Shown: piece by piece, positions 1 through 13,559 of the stretch
Layout of the letters: each line of letters opens with the position of its first letter
Position numbering within the stretch: position 1 is the stretch's first letter
Assembly (NCBI RefSeq): GCF_048593235.1
Contig: NC_133622.1
Span: 183,954,001 to 184,018,000, forward strand
Origin: Sminthopsis crassicaudata
Lineage: Eukaryota
Direction: 5' to 3'
Length of the DNA stretch: 64,000 bases
The notes under the pieces: generated by a model
Told to the model about the DNA's origin: nothing
What the model saw: only the letters and a program-made list of their open reading frames with translations
Databases searched by the model: none
Program-made: the position numbers and the translations under genes

Positions 1-281
1 ATTTACTGGAATAGACACTGTGTATCTGACACTGTCTTGGGCATCAGAAGGTGGTTTCTGGTTTTTAAAACATTTTCAATCTAATTGTGATGAATAGGAC
101 CAAATAAATGCACAAGAAGAAAAATAAAAGAGTTAAATAAGAAAGCAAGAAACGTCTTGGAGTAGCAAGCAGCTAGTTTGTGAAATAGTATGGATGGAAA
201 CTGTTGTGAATCCAGAAGAGAAAGCGCTCCGACTAGATCATCTAGGAAGACTGCATGGAAGAAATCAGGCTTGAAATGATA

Positions 282-434
282 TTTGTTTTTTGTTGTTTTA
301 CAAAGTAATTGGAGTTAAGTGACTTGCCCAGGGTCACACAGCCAGGAAATGTTAAGTGTCTGAGGCCATATTTGAACTCTGGTCCTCCTGACTTCAGGGC
401 TGGTGCTCTGTCCTCTGCTTCTTCTAGCTGCCTC
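282..434 (-). mobile_element. CORE-SINE (WSINE1/Mar1-type), moderately diverged
   Basis: Reverse complement reads as a tRNA-derived head (gaggcagctagaag...gagcaccagccctgaagtcaggaggaccagagttcaaat) plus CORE (ctgtgtgaccctgggcaagtcacttaa) and an A-rich tail. Confidence 0.85.
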
Positions 435-1064
435 AGAATAGTTCTATTTTGACTCAAATTAATTTTAAGAGAGTTCAGAGAGTAAGGCATTGAAGGAGGC
501 CTTGAAGCCAGGAAGGCCTAATTTTTGATCCCACCTCTGACCCATAAAGTGCATACGATCCTGGGAAAATCACTGAAACTCTTAGAAATCTGCACAACTG
601 AGAGTCGTGTGTGTGTTTGTGTGTATGTGTGTGTCTTTGCTTCAATACCTTACTCTCTGAACTCTCTTAAAATTAATTCTTTGGGGGGGGTGGGGATAGA
701 AATTAATAGATGGGGAATCAAGGTGTCCCTATAAATTCTGCCATTCTTAGAACAATCTCTGCAGTCCCTCAGCTCCAGGGCAAGCCTGCTGACCTTTGAA
801 ATAACATGCTTGGGCTTTGTGATAAGAGGAAGGTCACAATAGAGAAGTTCTGGGACTTTCCCTATGCTGGGAGGGGCTGGAAAGCGGTAACCAATAACAA
901 TGCCTTAATTACCAATGCAAACTGACTGGTTTTTCATAATGAGGGCTGGCCCAGAAAAAAAAAAAAAAAAAAAAAAAAAGTTGTAGTGTCTTCCTGGCCA
1001 GAAATCCTTGGTGCCTCCTGAAGAAGACCCAGGTAATTGTGCTTTCTGTCACATTTTTTTTTTG

Positions 1065-1066
<2 letters not shown>

Positions 1067-1107
<41 letters not shown>
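1067..1107. repeat. (TG)n microsatellite
   Basis: Uninterrupted GT dinucleotide run. Confidence 0.95.
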
Positions 1108-1112
<5 letters not shown>

Positions 1113-1663
1113 CCCTTCTTGCTTGAAAAGTGAAGAGAGGTATATATATTTATATGTATTTCTCTGCCCAGGCCTCTTTCCTGTTGGCTGTTTCCAACAA
1201 CTAAGCTTTCCTGTTTTTGCTTTCGAGCCCTAGGTTTGGCTATTGGAACTAAGCCTATTTATTTGGAGTATAGAGGCCCAAAGTTTGGCCCTGGCATTTT
1301 GCACAGTTTGGGCAAACAGAAGGATTTCTGAACCTGGGATGTCTTGGAAGGTTTTCTCCAGGGCTGGGGAAGACGGGGGAGCTTGGGAACAGTAACTCCG
1401 TCATTCCTTCAAAGCCGCAAGAGGAAGGAAATTTAGTAACGTAGAAAGAACAGTGATCTTGGACTCAGATGATAAGTTATATAGCCTTAACTCTGATTCC
1501 TGCAATTTGTGTGACTTTGGATAAATCACTTTCCTTCCCAGGTTTCTGTATAATTAGGGGGTTGGAATAGATGATAGCTCTAAGAGACTCTTCTGCTATG
1601 GTATTTGTGGGTTGGTATGGTGAAAAGAGCTGTGACTTCCAGAGTCAGATAATGTGACTTTTT

Positions 1664-2999
1664 ATTTTATTTTATTTTTCTGGTTATATATGTGGATTCA
1701 TTTTTAAAAATATACATTTTATGAATCATGCTGGGAGAGAAAAATCAGAACAAAAGGGAAAAACCAGGAGAGGAAAAAAAAAAAAAAAACAGAAGAAAGA
1801 AGGGGGAAAAGTGAATATAATATATGTTGATTGACATCCAATCTCCATAGGTCTCTCTCTGGATGCAGATGGCATTTTCCATCCAAAGTTTGAGATTTCC
1901 TTGAATCACTCACTGAACTGCTGAGAAGAACCAAGTCTTTCATAGTTTGTTATCAAGCAAATTTGCTGTTACGTGTACAATGTATTCTTAGTGCTGCTTG
2001 TTTCACTCAGCATCACTTCATGCAAATCTTTCCGAGCCTTTTTGAAAATCCGTTCATTCATTTTTTTAATAGAACAATAATATTCCATTACTTTTATATT
2101 ACCATAACTTATTCAGCCCTTCCCCAATTGATGGACATCTTCTCATTTTCCAATTCTTTGCTACCATTAAAAGAGCTGTTACAAACATTTTTGCACATAT
2201 AGGTCCTTTTCCCTCCTTTATCATTTCATTGGGAAACAAACCCAGTAATGAGACTGCTGATCAAAGGGTCTTCACAGTTTGATCACCCTTTGGGTATAAT
2301 TCCAAATTGCTCTCCAGAATGGTTGGATCATTTCACAACTCCACTAACAATGTATTAGCGTCCTAGATTTCCCACATTCTTCCCAACACATATCATCTTT
2401 TCTGTCATTTTAGCCAATTTGAGAGATGTGAGGTGGTACTTCAGAGTTGTTTTAATTTGCATTTCTCTAAACAATAGTAATTCAGAGCATTTTTTCATAT
2501 GACTATAGATGGCTTTAATTTTATCATCTGAAAATTGTCATTGAGCATTTTTCAATTGGGAAATTATTTGTATTCTTATAGATTTGACATAGTTCTTTAT
2601 ATATTTCAAAAATGAATACTTTATCAGAAAACTAGGCTGTAAATTGTTTTTCCCCAGCTTTGTACTTTCTTTTAATCTTCTTTGTGTTAGTTTTGTTTGT
2701 GCAAAATTTTTTTCACTTAATGTAATCAAAATTGCCCATTTTATATTTCATAATTTTCTGTAGTTCTTCTTTGGTCATAAATTCCTACCCTTTCCAAAGA
2801 TCTGCTAATTAAACTATCCCTTGCTCTCCTAAACAGCTTATGGTATCGCCCTTTATGCCCCAAATCATGTACCAATTTTAACCTTATTTTGGTATGGGAT
2901 ATGAGATATAGGTCTATGCTGAGTTTTTGACATTATTTTCCAGTTTTCCTAGCAATTTTTGTGAAATAGTGAGTTCTTATTTCAGAAACTGGAGTTTAA
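1664..2999 (-). mobile_element. Older 5'-truncated LINE-1 (3' UTR plus degraded ORF2 C-terminus)
   Basis: T-rich tail at the left; colinear with the younger L1 at 46749-48528 (gccaatttgagagatgtgaggtggtacttcagagttgttttaatttgcatttctc); many stops; ORF 2538-2729 resembles degraded ORF2 text. Confidence 0.9.
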
Positions 3000-5554
3000 G
3001 GGCTAATAAAAGGGAGGCTGGAATTGGGGGAGAGGGATAGAAAAAAGAAATTGGGGAAAGGCAAAGGTGAAAAAAATGGAAGTTGTTGAAGAAAAATTCG
3101 GTCTACTACACATTTTTACTGAGAATCCACCCTAATTCTTACATTGCTCTTTTTCATCATTTTCTAAATTACATAAGCCATGTTTGAGACAGTCTTCTGA
3201 GCAAAGGAAATGTAGAGATCTACATGCTTCCATGGAATGATGATTCAGTGTAAAGGAAGAGGCAAGAATTATGATCAGTGTGACTTGGTTTCCTTGTGTA
3301 CCTGTGATGTGGGGAGGAACTGGGTCTGGGGACTCCTAATTCTTCAAATATGAGTAGACAAGCTTTCCTTGTTTGCAAGACTGAGTTAAAACATTTGTGA
3401 AGCATTTGAATGGAGGGACTATGATACTCTGGCTTATCAGACACGAAAAGTCTAAGGATAGCCTGGAAGTACGATTTAGTGAAGCCATCCATGGTTTAGA
3501 TTAGGTGACCTGTGACATCCCTTCCAGCCCTACCATTCTATATGGGTTTGATTATATGAAGCTACCAAGAGACAACATGGTGCAATGGAAAGAAAATAAC
3601 TCAAAATCTTAAAAAAAAAAAAAAGTCTGCAGTCAGACTTTCTTGACTCTGGGAATTTGGACAAATGATTCCCTTCCCCCCCCCCTTTTTTTTTTGCCTC
3701 TGTCTATATCCTACAAAAGGAAATAATGATACTTTACAATTTTGTCATGAAAAAAGCATTTTGTAGATCTCAAAAGTGTTTTATATATATGGATATTAAG
3801 ATATCCATATGTATGCAAATATATTTATGCATATATAGTGCAAATATTTTGAAACAAATGTACAATATCATATATAAATATATGCAATGATGAATTATAT
3901 ATTTCTTTGTGCATAAGGTATAGGAACAGGAACTGGATGGGGTGACATAGATGGTAGAGTTTTGAATTTGTTGTCTGGAAGACGAGTTCAAATCTCATTT
4001 TAGACAGTTTACTTCTTTGAGCCTCAAGTTTTTTCATTTATTAAATTGAGAGAGCTGTCCATGATGATGTCTAAGGCTCTTTCCAGCTCTAAATCTATGA
4101 TTGACTGATCTGTGGTATAACTGATATGGGGAGTTCCCAGATGAGCAAGCTTACTCTACTAAAGCAGACTGGCACCTTCTCTGTATGTAGCTTATAGTCT
4201 TAGAGAGTTGTCCAGAATACAGAAAAGTTAATTGACTTGCCCATGTTCACACAGTGCCAGGGTTTGAAATCTGTTGTTTCTAGCTTCAAGATGGGCTATC
4301 TGTGTTGTGTATTCCAGCTATAGTCAGACAAATTTCTCGTTTCCCTTCAACAAAATGCATTTTATTCATATCCACCAGAAAGACCAAAATGAATATAATT
4401 CCTTCTAACATACAGCAAAGGGTGATTACAAAAGTTTGCTTGAAACTTTTGGAATTTGCTTGGGCAAAAGAACAATGATAATGAATGAGAAGAAATACAT
4501 CCGTGGGGAGGGGGAAATGTGGATAGGATGCATAAGGAGAGAATGGATATAACTTATCCATGCTGATATGTCATAGAATTTTACAACTGGAAAGATGTTT
4601 AGGAAAGGGAAAAATGGCATCTCACATTTATGTGGAACCCAAGAGTTTAAAAAGTCAATTCTGCAGTTGGAAGGGAACTTAGAACTGAGAAAGTTTGTGG
4701 TGAAAAGTCTTTTAGAAAATAACATTTTAAAAGAAATCTTCACTGAAGGAGCTGTACAGATTACTTTTTTTTTTTTTCCTATTCCCAAAGAATAAAAAAT
4801 GCCACTGGGTATTGATAAGCCTCTCTTCCTCATTTAAAAAAACACACACACTTTAGATATGAAGCCTTCATCTAAAAATAGGAGGTAGGTTGGATCCTGG
4901 TTTTGAATCTATCGCCAGAAGGAGGGACTTTGTCTTGACAAACTGTATTGGTTGCTATAAATAATTCTCTTTGTGTCTACTTCCTTTTACCTCTGTCTTG
5001 TACAGAACCAGACCTGCTCATTTGGGGAGGTACAGTTGTTGAAACTTGGGGTGAGGTTTTGCCTGCTCTGAGCCATTATTATCTGAATTGATCTCAGAAT
5101 TAACCAAGAGGTGTCATTTGGCACCATGCTAATTGGGTGAGTTTTTTTTTTTTCCCCTTCTTTTAAATGTTGGCTATAACATATTTTACATATAGATAAA
5201 AACAATGAATTTTGAATCAAGAATATCTAGGTTTGAGTCTCCACTGTAATATTTATTATCTATGCAAAATTAAAGCAATTCACTTTTATCCCTTTAAGCC
5301 TTAGTTTTCCTATCTGGGGGTAATACTGTTTGTAAAACTTATTGGCCAAGAGAGGATAGGAAGAAGTCATTGTAAATATGGATTTATATTATAAAATAAG
5401 AATTGTAATTCTTTGGGGAGTTATTCCAAAAATCTTCATGCAGTTTTAAGTTACTAAAATTTCAATACCTTAAAATTATATTCAGACTTTCAGGACACCC
5501 ATAAGATACTAAACTAATAAAACTTAAAACTATTTTTACTAACCATAAAGTCAC

Positions 5555-5690
5555 ATAACCCTTTTTGCCTCAGTTTCCTCATCTGTAAAATGAGCTGTAC
5601 AAGGAAATGGCAAGCCACTCCAGATATCTTTGTCAAGAAAGCCCCAAGTGGGATTACTACGAGTCAAAAGGATTGAAATACTGAACAATA
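5555..5690 (+). mobile_element. Mar1-type SINE 3' part with RTE-like tail
   Basis: cctcagtttcctcatctgtaaaatgagctg...aaggaaatggcaagccactccag...tctttgtcaagaaa. Confidence 0.8.
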
Positions 5691-6832
5691 GATGCTGAAT
5701 ATCCTCATTTTATAGACAAAGAAACAGGTTCAGACTGAGTGACTTGCTCAGGATTATTCAATTAGCATGTATCTTAGGCAAGATTAAACTCAGGTTTAAT
5801 TATTGTGCCACTTGATAAATCAGCATGCTTTCAATAGACTAACAAATTTCCCAATACTCACCTGCTCTGAAAAGATAAGGCTCAAATTATTTGTGTGTGT
5901 GTGTGTGTGTGTGTCTGCATGGGTGTGACAGTCACTGAGGGGACTTTGGTGCCTGATGAACACCCCTTCCTTCCTGTGAGGCTCTCTATGTTGCTGACTC
6001 CTGTTCCTTAGGAGTAATAACAGGAAAATCTCCAGGACTTTTGCTTTGCTGACTGAGACTGCTAAGCTAGTGCTTTTGTCTCTTCAGCAGTGCACTCCCA
6101 AAGATATGCGGTCCCTTTGAGAATACCTCTTGAGAGGGGAAATGCAGGAATGTGAGCCTTATGTAGAAGTGGATCTGCTAGTTTGCCAATCCCAAGAGTT
6201 TATCAGCTTTTAGGTCTCCACCCTAGAGAATTTCTGAGTGCATCAGGTGCTTGATCTTTTTTTAAATTAATCAACTAGCTTTTGTTGCTTGTTGGTGATA
6301 CAAAGAGAATAATGAAATAGTCCCAGTCTTATTAAAAGCTTACATTCCAGCCTCTGCATTTTAGGAATCAATTCCTGTAATTCCTGCAAGTCAATTCTTT
6401 GTAATTCCTGTAAGTGAAGATGTTGAACTACAACCGGAGTCTCCCTCCATCTCCTTTTCCTCCTACTAGATTTTGAGGCAGATGAGAACTATATTTGAAT
6501 CTCCATTCAATTTATTAGGTAACGCTTTTTTTTTTCTATAAGAAATCTCAGTTTTCCCCAAATGAAGGTAATATTTCTCTTTGTCATCTTCTGTTATTCC
6601 TTCTCTTCTTCCTCTCCTTGGACAAGTTGAAAGTGCCACAGCTCCTCAAAGAGCCTTACCCTACAACTAAATGGATCAGCAGAAGAATTCTGACTTGCTT
6701 TATTATGATGTGGACCTTTTGGCTCTTTTTGGGACATATTATCCTTTTCTTAGCACTCCTCCCTTGCTAGGGGTTTACTTTATTAGTGCCACACACTATA
6801 AATACCCTATTAGCTTATCTCTACCACCACCA

Positions 6833-6915
6833 CTCAGAACTCTGGAACTCAAGTGAACCACCAACCTCAGCTTCTCTTGTAGCAGGAATTACAGGGTTTG
6901 GTACCATGCCTGGCC
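6833..6915 (-). pseudogene. 7SL (SRP RNA) 5' Alu-domain fragment
   Basis: cagaactctggaactcaagtgaaccaccaacctcagcttctcttgtagcaggaattacagg...ccatgcctggc matches the reverse complement of the 7SL 5' end. Confidence 0.75.
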
Positions 6916-6929
6916 TAGATCAGTGGTTA

Positions 6930-7295
6930 TTAGTTTGTGGTAGTCCATGGACCCCTAAGGGCTTCGTGAATAGATTCTAGGGGATGTGAACTTGGGTGGG
7001 GAAAAAAAATCATCTCTATTTTTCATCAACCTCTAACTGAAATTTATTATTTCCTTCAGCTGTGAATGGCAGCAAATCATGACACAGCATTATGCCTTTA
7101 GCTCTAGTAGAAATTATAGGAATTTTCACAGCATATTTGTAAATATCTCAAAATATTATTTGCATTCTTTAGTATGTTGAAAGGACTATGGCAGTTAAAC
7201 TATTTGCTAGATGTTTCTAAATTGTAATTTTAAAATATTTTGATAACTGTTTTTCAATATAACTAGCTTCCTTTATAATCCAATGTATTTTAACA

Positions 7296-7379
<84 letters not shown>

Positions 7380-7465
7380 GATTCTGAGAAGGATTTTATG
7401 ACTGGTTTTATCAGATTGCTTAAAGAATCCATTACAGGAAAAAGGGTTGTATCTTAAGGTTTCTT
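6930..7465. mobile_element. Old hAT/Charlie-like non-autonomous DNA transposon containing a (TA)n expansion
   Basis: Recalled MER-like consensus (gtccatgga...gtgaacttggg...ctctaactgaaattt...aaaatattttgataactgt...attctgagaagg); shorter copies at about 39620-39770, 50089-50250 and 59200-59370. Confidence 0.65.
7278..7352. repeat. (TA)n microsatellite, about 75 bp
   Basis: Pure TA run. Confidence 0.97.
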
Positions 7466-7484
7466 CCAACTCTAATGTTCTGTC

Positions 7485-7639
7485 CTTTTTTTTTTTTTTT
7501 TTTTTTTGAGGCAATTGGGATTAAGTGATTTACCCAGAGTCCCACAGCTGGGAAGTGTTGTGTCTGAGATCAGATTTGAACTAAGGTCCTCCTGACTTCA
7601 GAGCTGATACTCTATCCCCTGCACTACCTAGCTGCCCCA
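7485..7639 (-). mobile_element. WSINE1-type SINE with TSD
   Basis: Poly-T tail plus SINE body ending gctgcccc; TSD aatgttctgtc at 7474-7484 and 7640-7650. Confidence 0.9.
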
Positions 7640-8669
7640 AATGTTCTGTCTTAAGGCCTCTTTAGCCTTTAAGGTCTTGTGATCCATTTATGACAGGATA
7701 TAGCCTAGTGCCTCCCAATAAGAATTGCCAGTTCCAAGAGTTTATCAGCTTTTATGTCTCCACTCTAGAGAACTGAGTGCACTAGGGGCTTGATCTTTTT
7801 TTCTTATTAATCAACAAATATTTGTTGATAATAATCTTCTGAGTACCAGAGAGGTTTCCATTTAAGTGGAACTTAACAAAAGTACAACTTTTGCATCAAA
7901 AATTGCCTTAATATTCTGGATGGTTGGTCCCAGGTACTGATGGGGTAAATAGAGGGTGATATTTTGGTGGGTAGTTGTAGAAAGTACTTGATATACTATT
8001 AGTAGCCTGTTTGTTAACCAGAGTCAAGAATTTGAGAACAGGTAATATAATTATGTGGTTTATTGAATAATATATATATACAACCACATGAACATATTTT
8101 TATGGGGAAGGTACAAAAAAAGCATCTCTTTATCTTTGGCCCACCTCATTGATACACATTGTTAAGTCCAGAGCTATGAAGCTGCATGGATAACTACTCC
8201 AAAGGCCACTCTATTCCAGCTAATAGTCTGACCACTGGTATTTTAAATTGAAGGATTTCTGGAACTTATTTGGAGTTAAAGTCTGTATTCATGCATATTC
8301 ATTAGTCATGCTTCTATATCCACCTGCTGGTCTGTTTATTCCCTCTCCCTCACACCCAACCTGGGTTTAATAGTCCCCAGATTCTAGGGAATAAGTAGCT
8401 CATTCAGAGGAGGACTGTACTTCAGCAGCCTCCAAACCTAATAAGGCTAATTTAATAAGTAATTCCAAACAAAGTAGAGCTTTAGATTTTAAATTCCTTG
8501 AGGACAGACTGTGTTTCTCTTTGTGCTTAGAACAGTACTAGGCATGTGCGATAATAAATGATTGTTGATAGTGGAGCGAATGAATGGCTCCCAGGCAAAA
8601 TGAAGTTTTCTGTTCATCAAACAACATCTGCTTTGAAGCCGGTGTGCCATGGCAGCTTTAGAAAAGACA

Positions 8670-8830
8670 TTGATAATCTGGGGAGCAGCTGTCCAGGGGA
8701 AGACCCAGTGGTTGAGGATCTGAGTCTGACATATGAAAGAAAATTCATTGAAAGAAAGGGAATGTTTTAACCTGAAGTAGAGAAGGTTGTAGAAGAGGGA
8801 AAATTGGATAATCATCTTTAAGTACTGAAA
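8670..8830 (+). mobile_element. CR1/L3 fragment
   Basis: agaaagacattgataatctggggagc...gaatgttttaacctgaagtagagaagg...atctttaagtactgaa resembles the CR1 RT C-terminal region. Confidence 0.65.
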
Positions 8831-9554
8831 ATGTGAAAGCCATTCAATTTGTTTTGTTTGACTTCAGAAGGCACAATGGGTAGAAGTTGTCCAATTTAGT
8901 CTCCTAATATTCATGTCTAAGTATAATGCTCCCTTGGTGGGGAGCATATTCTCTCTCCAAGGAGATCTTCTAGCCAACCTGGAGAATGAATGGGTTGGGT
9001 GGAGTATAGTCAAGATTCTTTTTGGGATATCCGTTGGAAGAGATGACTGATATGGGCCCTTTCAGAGTTGCAATTCTGTGATTCTCTGAGCTGATAAAAG
9101 AGGCTCATAAACATTAGAATGCAACTGATCTGGGAGTAAGAAAATAAAGCTTTTGAGCTCAAGCTCTGGAATTCATTTGGATTGAGGGGTTGTATTCCTA
9201 TGTATTCTTTTATCACTATTGTCTCCACCTGCATACCCTCCTCCCCACTCCCCATAAGAAAAGAGACTTAATTTAACTGACTATATCCGTCCAATAACCA
9301 ACTAGTTATTTTTTGATGAGGAATACATATCTTCCTTTCTCTGGGTTTCCCTTTGCTCCTCTACAAGGTGAAGAGGTTAGCAGTGAGTTTTTTGAAAAAT
9401 CCTTTTGGTCTCAATTCTGTATCCAATATATAGTTGCATTCAGGTGGCATTAATATTTTCAATATTTATTTTGTAGTCTCCTTTTAATATCTTCAATGTT
9501 TATTTAATAGTCTGCTATTTCCATTTAACAAATGTATATTAGGTACTTACTGCT

Positions 9555-9655
9555 TAATTATTAATATTATTGATTAATATGGTTAATATTAATTATGGTT
9601 AATATTAATTATGGTTAATATTATTGATTAAATCTGGTTAATATTAATATTAATA
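9555..9655. repeat. Degenerate 16-bp AT-rich tandem repeat (ttaatattaattatgg)n
   Basis: Repeated ggttaatattaattat units. Confidence 0.8.
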
Positions 9656-10261
9656 TCTCTATAGGTAGGTAGATAGATAGAGTCTTTTACTAGGCTGGAG
9701 AGAGGGCATATAAGGAGACAGCATGGTATAATGGAAGGAATAATACAAGAAGACCTGAATTTCAATTCTACCTCTTTTACTTAAATACCTGTGGGAATGT
9801 GAACAAGTAATTTAATCTTTTTGGGTCACAGCTTCCACATCTATAAAATGAGGTGGTTAAAATTAGATCTCTTTCACATCTGTGTTTCTGAGCCTATAAA
9901 AAATGAAGGTTCTTCCATTCTCATAGAAGAGATAGATATAATGGACTCCTAAGTTAGTTTGCTACAATGTCAGATTTAATAAGAAAAAAGGAAAGATACA
10001 GAATTCTTTCAGAAAATTTGAATTTCAATTGGTGACAAGTCAACTCTATGAAGATTATACTAATACTTTGATACCATAACTTCACATAAACTAGAAATGT
10101 AAGCTAACCCACACAATTATGTCCACCATCTGAAATTAAGTATCAAAATATTCTAATGTCAACTTTGACTTTGGCATTAACCAATTGAATCCTGGGCTCC
10201 ATCCTACAGAAAGTTTCTGAAGGGTTCTCAAAATCATAACTTTTCTACTGACCCTCTAAGC

Positions 10262-10495
10262 CAGTGGTTCTCAAACTTGTCTTCAGTATTTTATGCTATT
10301 AAAAATTATTGATGATCCATCCAAAGAGTTAATATATATAGATAAATATATTTTTACTGCATTAGAAATAAAAATAAATATAGATAGATAGATAATATAT
10401 ATTTACCACATTAGAAATAAAAATAATTTTTAAATTGTAGACTCTCTGAAGGGTCTCAGAGACCTCTACAATTCTCTGGACTTCAAGAAACATTG
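10262..10495. mobile_element. hAT (Charlie/MER5-like) MITE with perfect 8-bp TSD
   Basis: Starts cagtggttctcaaac and ends ttcaagaaacattg (imperfect TIR); flanked by ctctaagc at 10254-10261 and 10496-10503; internal ~55-bp direct duplication. Confidence 0.85.
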
Positions 10496-11761
10496 CTCTA
10501 AGCAACCATATTACCTCAAGTAAATGATGTCCCATATTTCAGAGGTAATGTGGAAAAATGCTAGCTAGCATATGCTGATTCTTGTCTTACCTCCTAGGTG
10601 CCATGTTGCTTCAGCTATACATGTCATGTGTCTATGTCATTGCTGTCTTTTCAGTAGAATGTAAGTACTTTCAGAATTTGGATTCTTATTATTTGTAAAT
10701 TAGGGTCTAGCACAACTTCTGGCACTATGAAAAAGAAAGGTATGAATTAAAATTCTGCCTTTGGAATTCACCAGTATTGTGATATTGAAATCAGTTGTAG
10801 TCAACTCCCTAAGACTTTCCCAAGTGCCAGAAATTCCCCAACTGACAACAATCACATTCTCAGACTTGATACTCTGATCTCTTCTTTCTGTGACTTCAAA
10901 TTGGAGTTAATAATATAATGGAAAACATTCTAAACTGAGTCCAAAGATAGGGCTTCTATTGAGTCTTTGACTTTGGAAAAGTCATTTGCCTTTAATTTCC
11001 TCAGCCAGCCCCAATTGTCTGATTTTTTTTTTATATATATAAGGTTATTGTCAGTATCAAATGAAATTAGGGAATGACAAAACTTTGCAAATTCAAAGGC
11101 TATATGTTATAGATTTTCACCTTCCCCTCCTCCAATATCATTTTAAAAATCTTGATGACCGTATTTACTGACCTGATATATGTGTTCCCAAGATTACTGA
11201 TCTCACTCTTACATCTCCTCATTCTGGACAGAATATCTTTCATCTCTACAATCTATAATCAACCAATCAGCTAACATTTATCAAGAGCCTACTGTGTGCA
11301 TTGTTCTAAGCTTTATAAAACACTTGTTCCTCTTCTGCTTGTTGAAATCCTTTTCTTCAAAGCCCAGTTAAATGTTAACTCTTCCATGAAATCCAGGGAT
11401 TTTCCCTAGTTGACAGTGATTTCTTTTTTTTGTAGAATCAATGTAACATAATTCTTAACATCTGTTCTGTATGTGACCTTGGCTATGGCATTATTATTCT
11501 TCTGATTATCAGTTTTTTTTTTTTCCATTAGTAAATTGCCAGTAATGTAATAACTATGAAAAAAGTCCCTAAATTTAGAATTGTAATAGAAATACAATAC
11601 CAATAATTAATAATAATAATTATATAATAATTAAATGATTAAATAATTATAACAATAACAACATCTAGCACATTTATACCACTTTAAAGTTTAAGAAGTG
11701 TTTTACAAAAATCTTATTTTATTCTCACAACAACTTTGGGAGGTAGGTGCTATTATATTTA

Positions 11762-12247
11762 TTCATTCCACATCGTTGGGGTTAGAGGCCAATGTCCCAT
11801 GATCTGGAAAATCCATGTAAAATATTTTGGTTATTCCCTTCATATCAGAGAAGATGTCTGAATTTTTTATCCGTTTCTTTTATGCAATGTTTTCAACAAC
11901 TTATTGTAAAATTTGGTTAAGTATTTGGTCATAGACTTTGGTTGGCCTTCATGTGTCATTTGTAGCTTTCACAAAACTCCCCCCAAATTCCCATTTAATT
12001 ATTTGGTCATAAACTTTGTTGGCCTTCGTGTCATTTACAGCTTAACAAAAATCCCCTTAAATTCCCATTAAATTATTTGGTCAGAGGCTCCATTAGCTTC
12101 CAAATGTCATTTGCAGCTCCCACAAAACTGTCCCCAAATACTCATTTAAGTATTTGGTCAACTTCCCCCAAATTCCTTTCTAGTTTCTTATGCAACCTGT
12201 GACATATAGAATCTGCAACAGGTAAAATTACATTGTGGAAGGATGAT
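11762..12247. mobile_element. Tigger/pogo-like MITE inserted into a MIR, with internal tandem triplication
   Basis: Imperfect TIRs (tcattccacatcg / cattgtggaaggatga); MIR halves on either side (ctcacaacaactttgggaggtagg... and cctcattttatagaagaggaaactaagg); 74-78-bp units starting tatttggtc at 11922, 12000, 12074 and 12151. Confidence 0.7.
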
Positions 12248-13559
12248 TAGATTTATCCTCATTTTATAGAAGAGGAAACTAAGGTAGAAAAAATGTTAAA
12301 TGCATTGCCCAGGATCACATAACCAGTGTGTGATTTGTACTCAGGTCTTCTTGCTTGCAAACCCAGCACTCTATCTACTGTACCACCGAGCTTCAAACTT
12401 TTCATTTTAAAGATGAGGAAGCTGATATCCGGGACATCTTTTAATCAAGGAGTCACAGGGGGTAAACTAGGGGTCTCTGATTCTAAATCCTTCACTTTTT
12501 CCATCATAGTGCATTGTCAATTAGGAATTGTTCCACAGATAATAAGCTGTTACTAATTTCCTGATAATGTTGGATGGCAGATAAATAAGATTCTGCTGCG
12601 ACTGTTATTGTTTGTTTTTTATTCCTTCTTGATTTCTCTCCCCATCTCCTCCAAGAAACTCAGCATCTGGTCATCTATAGTATGCTCCTGTCACAGTTGG
12701 ATTTCTCTGATGACAGCATTATCCTCTAGACTGCTGGGCGACAGCATTTCCTCACACCCTGGACTCTGTATTTTTCTCTTTTGGTCTCTGTTTTTACAGT
12801 TTGATACAGATCATGAAGTCACTTCTCTTCCCCTGTTTTACCAAAAAAAATGTGTATATGTGTGTGTATGTGTATGTGTGTGTATGTGTGTGCATGTGTA
12901 TAAGTGTTTAGGGTAGGAATAAATAAATAAGGCACATGAATCTCTTGGCATGGGAAATAAAGACAACATTTTGGACAGGCTTTTAACTCCTTCCTTACTT
13001 TTGATCACTATGACTTGATAAAATATGCTTTTTTTTTTTTAATTGTATATTTAAACATCTTCATTAAAAATAATTGTTTAAAAGATTCAAGTTAATTAAT
13101 GTCAGAATTCCAGATCTTAAATTTAGCTCTGACTTTGCCTTGAGTCATTTCCCTCTCTGTTTCAGTTCCATGTCTTTTTTTTGTGTGTGTGTGTAACATA
13201 AAGACAGTGATGCTTTTGTGGCCCTTCCTTCTCAGAAGGATTCTGTGAAAAGTGCTTGTAAACCTTAAAGGATTATAGAAATGTGAAGGTTATTACTATT
13301 GTTTTAGGTGACAAGGCTGGTTATACAGGCCATAGAGGAGTTTCACGCTTTTGAATTTCTGAACTATTTATTTTCCCTGAAGCATAGAACAATGGCCAGA
13401 TAGAAGAACCTGATGACTTTTGGGAAGTGGGGACATCTAACAGACTCAGAATGTTAGAGCTGGGAGAGATTATAATATAACAGGATGTAGAATGAAGGTG
13501 CTGAAAATCTCTCTTTATTATAGCTAAGGAAAGGAAGACATACAAAGGAGAAATTAAGA

